Source: an uncultured Actinomycetes bacterium (lineage in GTDB: Bacteria > Actinomycetota > Thermoleophilia > Gaiellales > Gaiellaceae). Taken from it: a stretch of DNA of 64,000 nucleotides. The DNA is taken from assembly GCA_963838395.1 (NCBI GenBank), contig CAWIQX010000014.1:654869-718868 (forward strand), in the 5' to 3' direction. The notes under the pieces are model-generated. The model saw nothing but the letters and a program-made list of their open reading frames with translations. It was not told the DNA's origin and made no database searches. A program made the position numbers and the translations under genes. This document shows, one piece after another, positions 45,550 through 55,970 of the stretch (positions within the stretch are counted from its first letter, which is position 1; each line of letters starts with the position of its first letter).

Positions 45550-47092
45550 ATGCCGCAGGACAAGCCGAACATCCTCGTGATCTGGGGAGACGACATCGGG
45601 ATCACGAACTTGAGCTGCTACAGCGACGGGCTGATGGGCTACCGGACGCCGAACATCGACAGGATCGCCGACGAGGGGATGCGCTTCACGGACTCGTACG
45701 GCGAGCAGAGCTGCACCGCCGGCCGCTCGTCGTTCATCACCGGCCAGAGCGTCTACCGGACCGGCCTCTCCAAGGTCGGCGTGCCTGGGATGGACATCGG
45801 TCTCCAGGCCGAGGACGTGACGATCGCCGAGCTCTTGAAGCCGCTCGGCTACGCAACGGGGCAGTTCGGCAAGAACCACCTCGGCGACCTGAACAAGTAC
45901 CTGCCGACCGTGCACGGATTCGACGAGTTCTTCGGCAATCTCTACCACCTGAACGCGGAGGAGGAGCCGGAGCAGCCGAACTGGCCGCCGGACGAGGACT
46001 TCCCCCGTTTCCGCGAGCGTTTCGGCCCTCGCGGCGTCATCCACTCGTGGGCGACGGACGAGGACGACACGACCGAGGACGGTCGCTTCGGGCGGGTCGG
46101 AAGGCAGAAGATCGAGGACACCGGCCCGCTGACGAAGAAGCGGATGGAGACGATCGACGACGAGGTGCTCGAGCACGGGCTCGACTTCATCGAGCGACAG
46201 GCGGCCGCCGGGGCGCCGTTCTTCGTCTGGTTCAACACGACGCACATGCACTTCCGGACGCATCCGAAGCCGGAGAGCGTCGGCCAGGCGGGGCGCTGGC
46301 AGTCGCCCTACCACGACACGATGATCGACCACGACAAGCACGTGGGTGCGCTCCTCGACAAGCTCGACGAGCTCGGGATCGCCGAGAACACGATCGTCGT
46401 CTACTCGACCGACAACGGCCCGCACATGAACAGCTGGCCGGACGGCGGCATGACCCCGTTCCGGAGCGAGAAGAACACGAACTGGGAAGGCGCCTTCCGC
46501 GTCCCCGAGCTGATTCGCTGGCCGGGCAAGATCGCAGCGGGGACAGTGTCGAACGAGATCGTCCAGCACCACGATTGGCTGCCCACGTTCCTCGCCGCCG
46601 CCGGGGAGCCGGACATCGTCGAGAAGTTGAAGGCCGGCCATCGGATCGGGGACACGGCCTTCAAGGTGCACATCGACGGCTACAACCTGCTGCCGTACCT
46701 GACCGGCGAGGCGGACAGGAGCCCGAGGCAGGGACTCGTCTACTACTCGGACGACGGCGACGTGCTGGGGCTCCGCTTCGACAACTGGAAGGTCGTCTTC
46801 ATGGAGCAGCGGGCGCGAGGGAACGCTGCGGATCTGGGCCGAGCCGTTCGTCTCGCTGCGTGTGCCCAAGCTCTTCAACCTGCGCACCGACCCGTTCGAG
46901 CGCGCCGACGTGACCTCGAACACGTACTACGACTGGATCCTCGACAACGCCTACATCGTCTTGGCCGCAACGGCGATCGTCACCCAGTTCCTCGAGACGT
47001 TCAAGGAGTTCCCGCCACGGCAGGAGGCCGCGAGCTTTACGATCGACCACGCGGTCAAGAAGCTCGAGGCTGCGCTCGCGTCAGGACATTGA
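45550..47092 (+). CDS. Arylsulfatase (Cys-type, FGE-dependent) (one frame disruption near 46820)
   Basis: NILVIWGDDIG, sulfatase signature SCTAGRSSFITG, FGKNHLGD, YSTDNGPH. The C-terminal LRIWAEPFVSLRVPKLFNLRTDPFERAD is in ORF 46862..47092. SD AAGGGAG upstream. Confidence 0.88.
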
Positions 47093-47094
47093 CC

Positions 47095-48021
47095 ATGAGC
47101 GACCCGCTTGCGTCGTGGAACGACGGGGCGACCAAGGACGCGGTGCTCGGCTTCGTCGAACGCGTGTCCGCGGCCGACGTACCGCCCGAGGAGCGGGTCG
47201 CGGTCTTCGACAACGACGGCACGCTCTGGTGCGAGAAGCCACTCCCGATCCAGGCGGACTTCATCCTGCGTCGCCTCCATGAGATGGCCGAGGCCGACGT
47301 CGCGCTGCGCGACAAGCAGCCCTGGAAAGCGGCGTACGAGCGGGACTATGCGTGGCTCGGAAAGGTGATGGAAGAGCACTACGCCGGCGACGACACGAAC
47401 GTGCGGACGCTCCTCGGCGGCGTTCTCGCCGCCCACGGAGGGATCAGCGTCGACGACTTCGAGGAGCAGGCGGACTCGTTTCTGCACACGGCGCAGCATC
47501 CGACGCTCGGCCGTGGCTACATCGCGTGCGCGTACGCGCCGATGGTCGAGCTGCTGGGGTACCTGGACGCGAACGGGTTCTCGAACTACATCGCTTCCGG
47601 CGGCGGCCGGGACTTCATGCGGCCGATCAGCGATGAGCTGTACGGGATCCCGCGCGATCGCGTGATCGGGAGCTCGATCGCGCTCGACTACGCGGGCGAT
47701 GACAAGGGCGGCACGATCATGCGTAGGCCCGAGGCCGACGTTCTCGACGACGGTCCCCAGAAGCCGATCCGGATCTGGAGCCGCGTCGGCCGCCGGCCGC
47801 TTCTCGCGGCGGGGAACTCGAACGGCGACATCCAGATGCTCGACTTCACCCAGCATGCAGACAAGCCGTTCCTGCGGCTGCTCGTCCTGCACGACGATGC
47901 CGAGCGGGAGTTCGCCTACATCGCGGGTGCGGAGGCGTCCCTCGAGCGCGCCCGGGTGGAAGGTTGGACGATCGTCAGCGTCGAGAGCGACTGGTCGACC
48001 GTGTTCGCCGACGTGACCTGA
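47095..48021 (+). CDS. HAD-superfamily hydrolase (phosphoserine-phosphatase-like subfamily)
   Basis: 308 aa from MSDPLASWNDG, 2 nt after the sulfatase stop. Motif I VFDNDGTLW. Motif IV AAGNSNGDIQML. Confidence 0.75.
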   Translation: MSDPLASWNDGATKDAVLGFVERVSAADVPPEERVAVFDNDGTLWCEKPLPIQADFILRRLHEMAEADVALRDKQPWKAAYERDYAWLGKVMEEHYAGDDTNVRTLLGGVLAAHGGISVDDFEEQADSFLHTAQHPTLGRGYIACAYAPMVELLGYLDANGFSNYIASGGGRDFMRPISDELYGIPRDRVIGSSIALDYAGDDKGGTIMRRPEADVLDDGPQKPIRIWSRVGRRPLLAAGNSNGDIQMLDFTQHADKPFLRLLVLHDDAEREFAYIAGAEASLERARVEGWTIVSVESDWSTVFADVT

Positions 48022-48116
48022 CGCTCCTCACTCGGGTCAATCGTCCACGGTCTGCTCGAAGTGGGCGGTGTTCCGTCAGACTCCGCGATGGCCACCGCGA
48101 CCGAGGAGAGCCGAGC

Positions 48117-50483
48117 ATGAGCGCCAGCGCCGTCAGAGACCGCTCCGTCCTGCCGATTCCCGACCGTGCCTTTGCGGGGCACGTCACGTACGACGCGAAG
48201 GATCCGGAGACGTCATTCCCGCCGATCGAGCCGCTGCGGCCACCGGAGGGCGCTCCCAACGTGCTCGTCGTACTGCTCGACGACGTCGGCTTCGCCGCGT
48301 CGAGCGCCTTCGGCGGGCCGATCTCGACGCCGACCGCGGAGCGCCTCGCTGCGAACGGGCTCAAATACAACCGCTTCCACACGACCGCTCTCTGCTCGCC
48401 GACGCGCCAGGCCCTGCTCACCGGACGGAACCACCACGCCGTGGGAATGGGCGGCATCACCGAGATCGCGACCTCGGCTCCAGGCTACAACTCCATTCGC
48501 CCGAACACGTGCGCGCCGCTCGCCGAGACGCTGAAGCTGAACGGCTACTCGACCGCGCAGTTCGGCAAGTGCCACGAGGTGCCCGTCTGGGAGACGAGCC
48601 CGATGGGGCCGTTCAACGCGTGGCCCACCGGCTCCGGGTTCGAGCACTTCTACGGCTTCATCGGCGGCGAGACGAACCAGTACGCGCCCGCGATCTATCG
48701 CGATACGGTGCCGATCGAGCAGGACAAGACGGCGGAGGAGGGCTACCACTTCACCGAGGACATGACCGACCAGGCCATCGACTGGGTGAAGCAGCAGAAG
48801 GCGCTCATGCCCGACAAGCCGTTCTTCGTGTACTTCGCGCCCGGCGCGACACACGCTCCCCATCACGTTCGGCCGGAATGGTCAGACAAGTACAAGGGCA
48901 AATTCGACGACGGCTGGGACGCGCTGCGCGAGCGGACGTTCGCCCGTCAGAAGGAGCTCGGCGTGATCCCGCCCGAGGCGGAGCTGACCGAACGGCCGGA
49001 CGAGATCCCCGCGTGGGACGACATGCCCGACGACTTGAAGCCGGTGCTCGCGCGCCAAATGGAGGTCTACGCCGGCTTCCTCGAGCACACCGACCACTAC
49101 GTCGGAAAGTTGTTCGACTCGCTCGGTGAGCTCGGGATCCTCGAGAACACCCTCGTCTACTACATCATCGGCGACAACGGGGCCTCGGCCGAGGGTACGA
49201 CGAACGGCTGCTTCAACGAGCTCGTCATCCTGAACGGCGCCTTCGGCCTGGAGACGACCGAGTTCATGGTTTCGAGGATCGACGACTTCGGCACGCCCGA
49301 CGCCTACAACCACTTCGCCGTCGGCTGGGCGCATGCGATGGACACGCCCTATCAGTGGACGAAGCAGGTTGCGTCGCACTGGGGCGGCACGCGCAACGGG
49401 ACGATCGTGCACTGGCCTCGGGGCATCAAGGCCAAGGGAGAAGTCCGCTCCCAGTTCCACCATGTGATCGATGTCGCCGCCACGGTGCTCGACGCCGCAG
49501 AACTCCCGCAGCCGATGAGCGTCAACGGCGTCCAGCAGGCGCCGCTGCACGGCGTCTCGATGGCGTACTCGTTTGACGATGCGGGCGCCGACGAGCTGCG
49601 GACGACGCAGTACTTCGAGATGTTCTGCAACCGCGGCATCTACCACCAGGGCTGGACTGCGGTCACGCGGCACAGCACTCCCTGGGTCGCGGCTGAGATG
49701 CCGGCGTTCGACGACGACGTCTGGGAGCTCTACGCCCCCGACGACTGGTCGCAGGCCTACGACCTCGCGGACGACCAGCCGGACAGGCTGGCCGAGCTGC
49801 AGCGCATGTTCCTGATCGAGGCGGGGAAGTACAACGTCCTCCCGCTCGACGACCGGCGCTTCGAGCGCTTCAACCCCGACATGGCGGGGCGTCCGCAGCT
49901 CGTACGCGGGACGTCCCAGCTCCTCTTCGGCCGCATGGGTCGGTTGACCGAGAACTCGGTGGTCACGATGAAGAACAAGTCGCACTCGATCACGGCGCAG
50001 ATCGACGTCCCGGAGCAGGGCGCTGCGAACGGCGTGATCGTCGCTCAGGGCGGGGCGTTCGGCGGCTTCGCGCTCTATGCGAAGGACGGTAAGCCGGCGT
50101 ACTGCTACAACCTCTTCGGCCTGCAGCAGTTCAAGGTCTACGGCAAGGATCCCATCCCCGCGGGCGAGCATCAGGTCCGGATGGAGTTCACCTACGACGG
50201 AGGCGGGCTCGGGAAGGGCGGCGACGTCAAGCTCTACGTCGACGGCGAGCACGTCGGTGAGGGCCGCGTCGACGGCACCGTGCCGATGCTGTTCTCGGCC
50301 GACGAGACGACGGATGTCGGTAGCGACACCGCGACGCCGGTCAGCGACGACTACGGCCCGAAGGACAGCGGGTTCACCGGCACGGTGCAGTGGGTGCAGC
50401 TCGACGTCGACGCCGCCGCCGAGGACACCGATCATCTGATCACGCCCGAGGAGCGACTGCGAGTCGCCATGGCCCGCCAGTAG
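48117..50483 (+). CDS. Large arylsulfatase (Cys-type, about 788 aa)
   Basis: Intact from MSASAVRDRS, with SD GAGGAGAG upstream. Motifs NVLVVLLDDVGFAASSAFGG, signature LCSPTRQALLTGRNHH, FGKCHE, IIGDNGAS. Confidence 0.9.
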   Translation: MSASAVRDRSVLPIPDRAFAGHVTYDAKDPETSFPPIEPLRPPEGAPNVLVVLLDDVGFAASSAFGGPISTPTAERLAANGLKYNRFHTTALCSPTRQALLTGRNHHAVGMGGITEIATSAPGYNSIRPNTCAPLAETLKLNGYSTAQFGKCHEVPVWETSPMGPFNAWPTGSGFEHFYGFIGGETNQYAPAIYRDTVPIEQDKTAEEGYHFTEDMTDQAIDWVKQQKALMPDKPFFVYFAPGATHAPHHVRPEWSDKYKGKFDDGWDALRERTFARQKELGVIPPEAELTERPDEIPAWDDMPDDLKPVLARQMEVYAGFLEHTDHYVGKLFDSLGELGILENTLVYYIIGDNGASAEGTTNGCFNELVILNGAFGLETTEFMVSRIDDFGTPDAYNHFAVGWAHAMDTPYQWTKQVASHWGGTRNGTIVHWPRGIKAKGEVRSQFHHVIDVAATVLDAAELPQPMSVNGVQQAPLHGVSMAYSFDDAGADELRTTQYFEMFCNRGIYHQGWTAVTRHSTPWVAAEMPAFDDDVWELYAPDDWSQAYDLADDQPDRLAELQRMFLIEAGKYNVLPLDDRRFERFNPDMAGRPQLVRGTSQLLFGRMGRLTENSVVTMKNKSHSITAQIDVPEQGAANGVIVAQGGAFGGFALYAKDGKPAYCYNLFGLQQFKVYGKDPIPAGEHQVRMEFTYDGGGLGKGGDVKLYVDGEHVGEGRVDGTVPMLFSADETTDVGSDTATPVSDDYGPKDSGFTGTVQWVQLDVDAAAEDTDHLITPEERLRVAMARQ

Positions 50484-50508
50484 CGATGGCGCGTTAGGCT
50501 CGAGTCAC

Positions 50509-51691
50509 ATGACCGACGCAGCCGTCGAGCTTGGCCCGGCGCCCGCGGGGGAGCACCCGCGGCGGCGCATCCTGAGGATCGCCGCCTGGCTGGTCGGGAT
50601 CCTCCTCGTCCTCGGCGTGCTGCAGCTCCTGGGCGTCGACGTCTGGGATTGGCTCGAAAACCTGTGGGAGTCGGTCACCGCGATCTCGATCGGCTACGTC
50701 ATCCTCGGCTGCGTCCTGCAGGGAGCGCAGACGGTGCTCACGGCTCTCGGCTGGTACGGAATCCTCCGCTACGCCTATCCGGGCGGCGTGACCTTCATGG
50801 CAGTGCTCGCGGCCTACGCCGTCGGTGTCGCGCTGAACAACGTCGTGCCGGCGAACATGGGCACGTTCGTGACGCTCCTGATGTACGTCGCGATCGTTCG
50901 CGGATCGACGTTCCCGGGCGTCCTCGCCGGGTACATGGTCCAGAAGATCTTCTACCTGATCGTCGGGACGCTCATCTACCTCTACCTGTTCTCGCAGGTC
51001 GCCGGCTCGTTCGACTTCCAGTTCGGGAACGAATGGGACGCGCTCTCCAACCATCCGGTGCTCACGCTCGGGATCATCGCCGGCTCGATCTTCCTGATCG
51101 CGATCGTCATGCGGGTCTTCTGGCGCTGGGTGAAGGTGATGTGGGCGAGGGCGAAGGAGGGTGCGGCGATCCTCGGCGACTTCGGCGCATATGTGAAGCT
51201 CGTGCTGCTGCCGCAGATGGGCGGCTACGTGGCGAAGGTCGGGGTGATCATCGTCTTCCTCGCCGCGTACGGGATCCCGGTGTCTTTCGGTTCAGTGATG
51301 AGCGTCCTCGGGTCGAACCAGCTCGCGAACTTGCTCTCGCTCACCCCGGGCGGTGTCGGCGTGAACCAGGCCTTCAACACGTTCGCGCTCGACAGCTACA
51401 CGGACTCGACGACCGCGACCGCATACTCGGTCGGGCAGCAGCTCGTCACCACGGCGTTCAACATCGGCTTCGCGATCATCCTCGTCTGCATCGTCTTCGG
51501 CTGGAGCGGCGGCTCGACGCTCGTCAAGACGTCCTACGTCGGCGCGAAGGAGAAGGCCTCCGAGATGAAGGAGGAGCGGCACACGAAGAAGGAGCTCGCC
51601 CGAGAGGAAGAAAGCCGCGGAAGGGCAGGACGCGCGGGTATCTGCAGCGTTTCCGCCGCTCTCCTTCGAACGAAGCCGAGCAGCCACCTGA
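50509..51691 (+). CDS. Flippase-like membrane protein (LPG-synthase transmembrane-region family); 3' end uncertain
   Basis: About 8 TM followed by a charged tail. No in-frame stop before the RDD gene. A TGA at 51689-51691 in the +1 frame overlaps the next ATG (TGATG), which suggests an indel in the tail. Confidence 0.6.
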
Positions 51692-52611
51692 TGGCTAGAG
51701 ACGACGAGCGCCGCCCCGGACTCGCCGACGCCGCCGGGCGCGCAGCATTCTTTCCTGCACGAGCGGCCGCGCGCGCGTGGCGGGGACCGCTCGAGGAGGC
51801 GGTGGACGAGGTTCTGTCGGCGCCCGAGATCGCGCGTGTCATCGACCGGGCGCTCGCGGGCTCGCTTCCGGAGGAGATCGCGCGCTCGCTCGTTCGCAAC
51901 CGCGTGCTCGAGCGGATCGCCGCCGAGCTCGCCGCGAGCGGCGAGCTGGAGCGCCTCGTGACGGCGGCGCTGGCGAGCCCGCGGACGGGTGAGCTCACCG
52001 ACCGGGTGCTTGCAAGCGATGAGACCCAGAGGGCTCTTCGCCACGTCGCCTCGAGCCCCGAGCTTCGAGACGCGGTCGCCCGGCAGACGACGGGGCTCGC
52101 CGAGGAGGTGGTCGGCGGTGTGCGCGCTTCGGCCGCGCGACTGGACGACCGGGCAGAGCGCGCGCTCCGGCGCCCGGCACGAACCGAGCGCCCCGTCTAC
52201 GCGGGGATCGCGACGCGCGCCATCGCGTTGACCACCGACGCAGCTCTGACGATCGTCCTCTTCATGTCCGTGGTCGGGATGGCGGCGCTCGTCTCGTCGC
52301 TCGTCGGCGGTCTCCGTCCCGAATGGCTCGTCGGCGCCCTGCTCGCCTCCGGCTGGATACTGGTCGTGGCCACGTACTTCACCCTCTTCTGGAGCTCGGC
52401 CGGTCAGACGCCGGGGATGAGGCTGATGCGCATACGCGTCCACGGCCCGGGCGGCGCTGCTCCTTCGCTCGCTCGGTCGGTCGTGCGCCTGATCGGGCTC
52501 GTGCTCGCGATCGTGCCCCTGTTCCTGGGTTTCGTTCCCGTGCTGTTCACCGCTCGACGACGCGGTCTCCCGGACTTCCTCGCGGGAACCGTGGTCCTGT
52601 ACGACGCCTAG
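51691..52611 (+). CDS. RDD-family membrane protein with long helical N-terminal region
   Basis: From MARDDERRPG. C-terminal RDD pattern YAGIATRAIALTTDAAL ... GQTPGMRLMRIRV ... RRGLPDFLAGTVVLYD. Confidence 0.7.
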   Translation: MARDDERRPGLADAAGRAAFFPARAAARAWRGPLEEAVDEVLSAPEIARVIDRALAGSLPEEIARSLVRNRVLERIAAELAASGELERLVTAALASPRTGELTDRVLASDETQRALRHVASSPELRDAVARQTTGLAEEVVGGVRASAARLDDRAERALRRPARTERPVYAGIATRAIALTTDAALTIVLFMSVVGMAALVSSLVGGLRPEWLVGALLASGWILVVATYFTLFWSSAGQTPGMRLMRIRVHGPGGAAPSLARSVVRLIGLVLAIVPLFLGFVPVLFTARRRGLPDFLAGTVVLYDA

Positions 52612-52629
52612 CTCAGGACTGGCGAGAGG

Positions 52630-53757
52630 TCAGGTGGCGGCCTCGGGTGCCTCGAGCGCCGCGCTCGCCGCCGCGACGTGCTCGCGCCGTGCCTTCGTCA
52701 GCTCCTGCACGAAGATCTGGACCGTCGCGGCGAGCGGCACGGCGGTGAGCGCGCCGAGTACACCGAGCAGCGCACCGAACAGGGTCACGGCGACGATGAT
52801 GAAGAAGCCCGAGAGGTTGACGGCCCTGCCCTGGATCTTGGGAGTGAGGATGTTGTTCTCGACCTGCTGGTAGACGAGCACGACGACGGCCATGACGATC
52901 GCGGCACCGAGCCCTTCCTCGGCCCAGAGCGTCGGCACGAGAATGAAGCCGGCGATCGTGGCGCCGATGTTGGGGATCATGTCGAGCAGGCCAGCGATCA
53001 CTCCCAGCCCGAGCGCGTAGCTGGAACCGAGCAGCCACGCAGTCACTCCCTGAGTCGTCCCGGCGATCGTCGCGATGACCACCATGCCGATCGCCCACCG
53101 GGAGACCGATTCGGTGATCTGCTCCCACACCGCCAACCAGCGCTCGTCCTCGCCAGGCAGGAGCATGCTCGCGAGCGCGCCCTTCAGCCTCCCGACGTCG
53201 CAGAGGAGGAAGAGGCAGATGAACAGGATCGTGAAGGCCGCGAGGAAGATCCCGAAGAAGCTGCTTGCGATGCCGAGCATGCCCTCGATCGTTTCAGGCA
53301 CTGCCTGCGCGATCGTGTCGGCGCCCGCTTGGACGTTCTCCGCGGCGCCGGTGTCGCCGAGGCCGTCGAGCTCTCCGGAGCCGCGCAAGCTCTCGATCGT
53401 CGCAGGCAGATCCTGGAGGTAGTCCCGCACGGCGCCGACGAGCGGCACGAGGAGCAACAGGGCGAGCACGGTGACCGCGACCGCCGTTCCGAGCACGGTC
53501 ACGGTCGCGGCCAGCCCGCGGGACAGGCGGGTCTTCGCCATGACGAAGCGCACGGGATACTCGAAGACGAGCCCGAGGAAGATGCCGACGAAGACGATCA
53601 GGAACGTGTCGCCGATCGCCCAGAACGCCGCCATCACGGCGATGGCCGCTGCGACGAGCAGGATCGTCCGCATGGGCAGTACCAGCTCGACGCGCCGGGC
53701 GCCGTCTCGGTCCATGACGCGGAAGGCTACGCCCCGCGGCGGCGGGAGCCGCTCCAC
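52630..53757 (-). CDS. AI-2E family transporter (second copy)
   Basis: 375-aa ORF, about 8 TM, with ..LLDMIPNIGATIAGFILV.. and ..QQVENNILTPKIQG... Alternative start is ATG 53715. Confidence 0.8.
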   Translation of the reverse strand: MERLPPPRGVAFRVMDRDGARRVELVLPMRTILLVAAAIAVMAAFWAIGDTFLIVFVGIFLGLVFEYPVRFVMAKTRLSRGLAATVTVLGTAVAVTVLALLLLVPLVGAVRDYLQDLPATIESLRGSGELDGLGDTGAAENVQAGADTIAQAVPETIEGMLGIASSFFGIFLAAFTILFICLFLLCDVGRLKGALASMLLPGEDERWLAVWEQITESVSRWAIGMVVIATIAGTTQGVTAWLLGSSYALGLGVIAGLLDMIPNIGATIAGFILVPTLWAEEGLGAAIVMAVVVLVYQQVENNILTPKIQGRAVNLSGFFIIVAVTLFGALLGVLGALTAVPLAATVQIFVQELTKARREHVAAASAALEAPEAAT

Positions 53758-53788
53758 CGCCCGCCTTCGTCAGGACTGATGTACGCCG

Positions 53789-55105
53789 CTAGGCGGACGC
53801 GGGCTCCGCGAGCGGCTCTTCCTTGCCCTTTCCGCGGTCCTCGGGGTTCGGGAGCGCGACTGCGACCAGCCAGCCGACCGCGGCTGCGAGAACGGCGATG
53901 GGCGCGATGTCCGCGGCGGACGAGCCCACGAGCAGGGTCGTGAACAGCACGGCGGTGAAGGGCACGCGGAGGGCGGCGGAGGTGGCCGCGGCGATGCCCG
54001 TCGCGACGGCCGGCGTCAACTCGAGCCCCGGAAGCACGTTTGCGGCGAGGACGCCGATCGCGACACCGACGAGCAAAGCGGGAAACACCGGGCCTCCTCG
54101 AAAGCCGGACCCCAGTGAAAGCGCATAGGCCAGCCCCTTTGCGGCGACCAACAGGAGCAACACGTCGGCAGACGTCTCTGCGACGACGGCGGGCAGCGCC
54201 TCTTGGCCGGAGAACAGGACGAGGTCGACCGGTCGGTCTGCCAGTGCCCTGAACAGGACGGCGAGGGAGCCCACGAGAAGGCCTGCGGCGACCAGCGTCG
54301 CATGCGGGCGCGGGCGCGCCCTCTCGCCGATCGCATGTGCGAGATGACGCAGACCGACGATGCTCACCGCGATGGCGGCTGCAACGAGAAGGCACCAGGC
54401 GAGGTCTGCGATTCTGACCGCCTCGTACGTGGGCAAGCCGGGCACCGCCAGCGAGACCGGCTCCAGTCCCGGCCAGTCATTGATGCCCGTGAAGACGAGC
54501 GCTCCCGTGCCCGCTGCGACGAACCCGGGCAGGAGCGCCCGGCCCAGGGCCTGAGCCGGGATCGCGCCGCCGGCTGCTGTCACCTCGAAGAGGAGAAACG
54601 CAGCCACCAGCGGACCGCCGAACAGCGCGGCGATCGCGGCGAAGGCGCCCGCGAGAACGAGCAATCGTGCTTCGGTCTCGTCCAGGCGCACGATGCGCAC
54701 GGCGACGGAACCGAGGCCGAGCCCGAGGGCGATGAGCGGAGCCTCGGGGCCCAGGACGAGCCCGAGGCCGAGCGTGGCGAGCGCGGCCAGCAGGATGCTC
54801 GGGAGCTCGACCGCGCGAACCGGCCCCGTGCCCAGACCCTCGAGCGGCGAATGACCTCCGTGTCCTGGAAGGCGGATCGCAGCAGCGACCAGCACGCCCG
54901 CGAGGCCGGGAACCACGACGACGTACCACCATGGGGGCTGGCTCCAGTCGAGGGCGTCGGGAATCTCCTCCCAGACGAGCTGTATGACGTCGTGGATGGC
55001 CGTCTGGAAGAGCGCGGCGGCGAAGGCGACGGGGACACCGAGGAGCGCCGCGAAGATCAGTGTCCGCAGGTATCCCGACCGCGCGCCGATCCACGAGCGG
55101 AGCTT
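53789..55105 (-). CDS. ClC-family chloride channel/antiporter; start codon not identifiable
   Basis: GLVLGPEAPLI (GxEGP-like), GSGFRGGPVFPAL. Helix B (KLRSWIGARSGYLRTLIFAALLGVPVAFAAALF) continues in frame upstream of the listed ORF start (54916) with no ATG/GTG/TTG. Confidence 0.8.
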   Translation of the reverse strand, partial: KLRSWIGARSGYLRTLIFAALLGVPVAFAAALFQTAIHDVIQLVWEEIPDALDWSQPPWWYVVVVPGLAGVLVAAAIRLPGHGGHSPLEGLGTGPVRAVELPSILLAALATLGLGLVLGPEAPLIALGLGLGSVAVRIVRLDETEARLLVLAGAFAAIAALFGGPLVAAFLLFEVTAAGGAIPAQALGRALLPGFVAAGTGALVFTGINDWPGLEPVSLAVPGLPTYEAVRIADLAWCLLVAAAIAVSIVGLRHLAHAIGERARPRPHATLVAAGLLVGSLAVLFRALADRPVDLVLFSGQEALPAVVAETSADVLLLLVAAKGLAYALSLGSGFRGGPVFPALLVGVAIGVLAANVLPGLELTPAVATGIAAATSAALRVPFTAVLFTTLLVGSSAADIAPIAVLAAAVGWLVAVALPNPEDRGKGKEEPLAEPASA

Positions 55106-55143
55106 ACTGCCGGGCGGTTCCGGCTTGACCGCCAGACAGCAGA

Positions 55144-55449
55144 TTGGAGAGGATGGCGTCCCATGTGTTGCCTGGTGCTGGTTGCGAGCGGTCTGGGCCC
55201 ACGGTCGCCCTGGCGATCTGGTGGATCTTCGGCGAGAAGGTGGACTTCGCGTTCAGCACGTGGATCTGGCCCTTGCTGGGGCTGATCTTCCTGCCCTGGA
55301 CGACCCTCTTCTACGTCATCGTGTGGTCCGCCGTGGGAGGAGTCAGCGGAGCGGAGTGGCTCTTCGTCGCGCTCGGTGTCGTGCTCGACGTCGCCACGTA
55401 CAGCGCACGCTCGGCGCAGTCGCGCTACGGCGGTAGCAAGGCGTACTGA
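55144..55449 (+). CDS. Possible small 2-3 TM membrane protein
   Basis: TTG at 55144, or ATG at 55153 which lies 2 nt after GGAGAGG. Hydrophobic WIWPLLGLIFLPWTTLFYVIVW. No family recognised. Confidence 0.35.
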   Translation: MERMASHVLPGAGCERSGPTVALAIWWIFGEKVDFAFSTWIWPLLGLIFLPWTTLFYVIVWSAVGGVSGAEWLFVALGVVLDVATYSARSAQSRYGGSKAY

Positions 55450-55526
55450 GCTAGCCGCCAGTTTTCGGAGCCGTACTCCCAGACAGGCGAGCAGGTACGC
55501 GACGCGCTGTCGAGAACTCTCAGCCG

Positions 55527-55970
55527 ATGGAGATCGAGAGTAGACCGCGGTTCCCGAGGTGGTACGAGCGGCTGACTTTTCTCCGTGCCATCGTCACGAT
55601 CCTCGCGGTCGCGATGACCCTCGTCCTGGTTGCCGGCTTGCTCGAGCGCCTCGTCGAGCCGGAGGTCTTCACCAGCCTCGGTCTTTCCTACTGGTGGGCG
55701 ATCACGACGGTGACGACCGTCGGCTACGGGGACATCGTGCCAAAGAGCCCCGAGGGGCGCGTCGTCGGTGCACTGCTCATGCTCACGGGTCTCGCCCTCA
55801 TCCCGACGCTGACGAGTGTGATCGTCGCGACACTCATCGGGAAGCGAACGCAGGCGCAGACGGAGCACTTCGAGCAGCAGCTGTCGGTCAGCACCGCCAC
55901 GCTCGCTCGCATCGAGGAGCGCCTGGAGCGGATCGAGAGCGGCGCCGGGCCCTCTTCCGACTCCGTCTAG
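55527..55970 (+). CDS. Minimal 2-TM potassium channel (KcsA-like) with C-terminal helical tail
   Basis: 147 aa. Selectivity filter TTVTTVGYGDIVP between two TM helices. Confidence 0.88.
   Translation: MEIESRPRFPRWYERLTFLRAIVTILAVAMTLVLVAGLLERLVEPEVFTSLGLSYWWAITTVTTVGYGDIVPKSPEGRVVGALLMLTGLALIPTLTSVIVATLIGKRTQAQTEHFEQQLSVSTATLARIEERLERIESGAGPSSDSV

Noticed and set aside
44911-48021. 1036-aa ORF apparently fusing sulfatase and HAD hydrolase
   Set aside because: The N-terminal 213 aa are an out-of-frame reading of the FGE gene. The sulfatase part leaves the true frame at about 46820. The HAD gene has its own ATG (47095), 2 nt after the genuine sulfatase stop (47090-47092). It is not a real multidomain protein.
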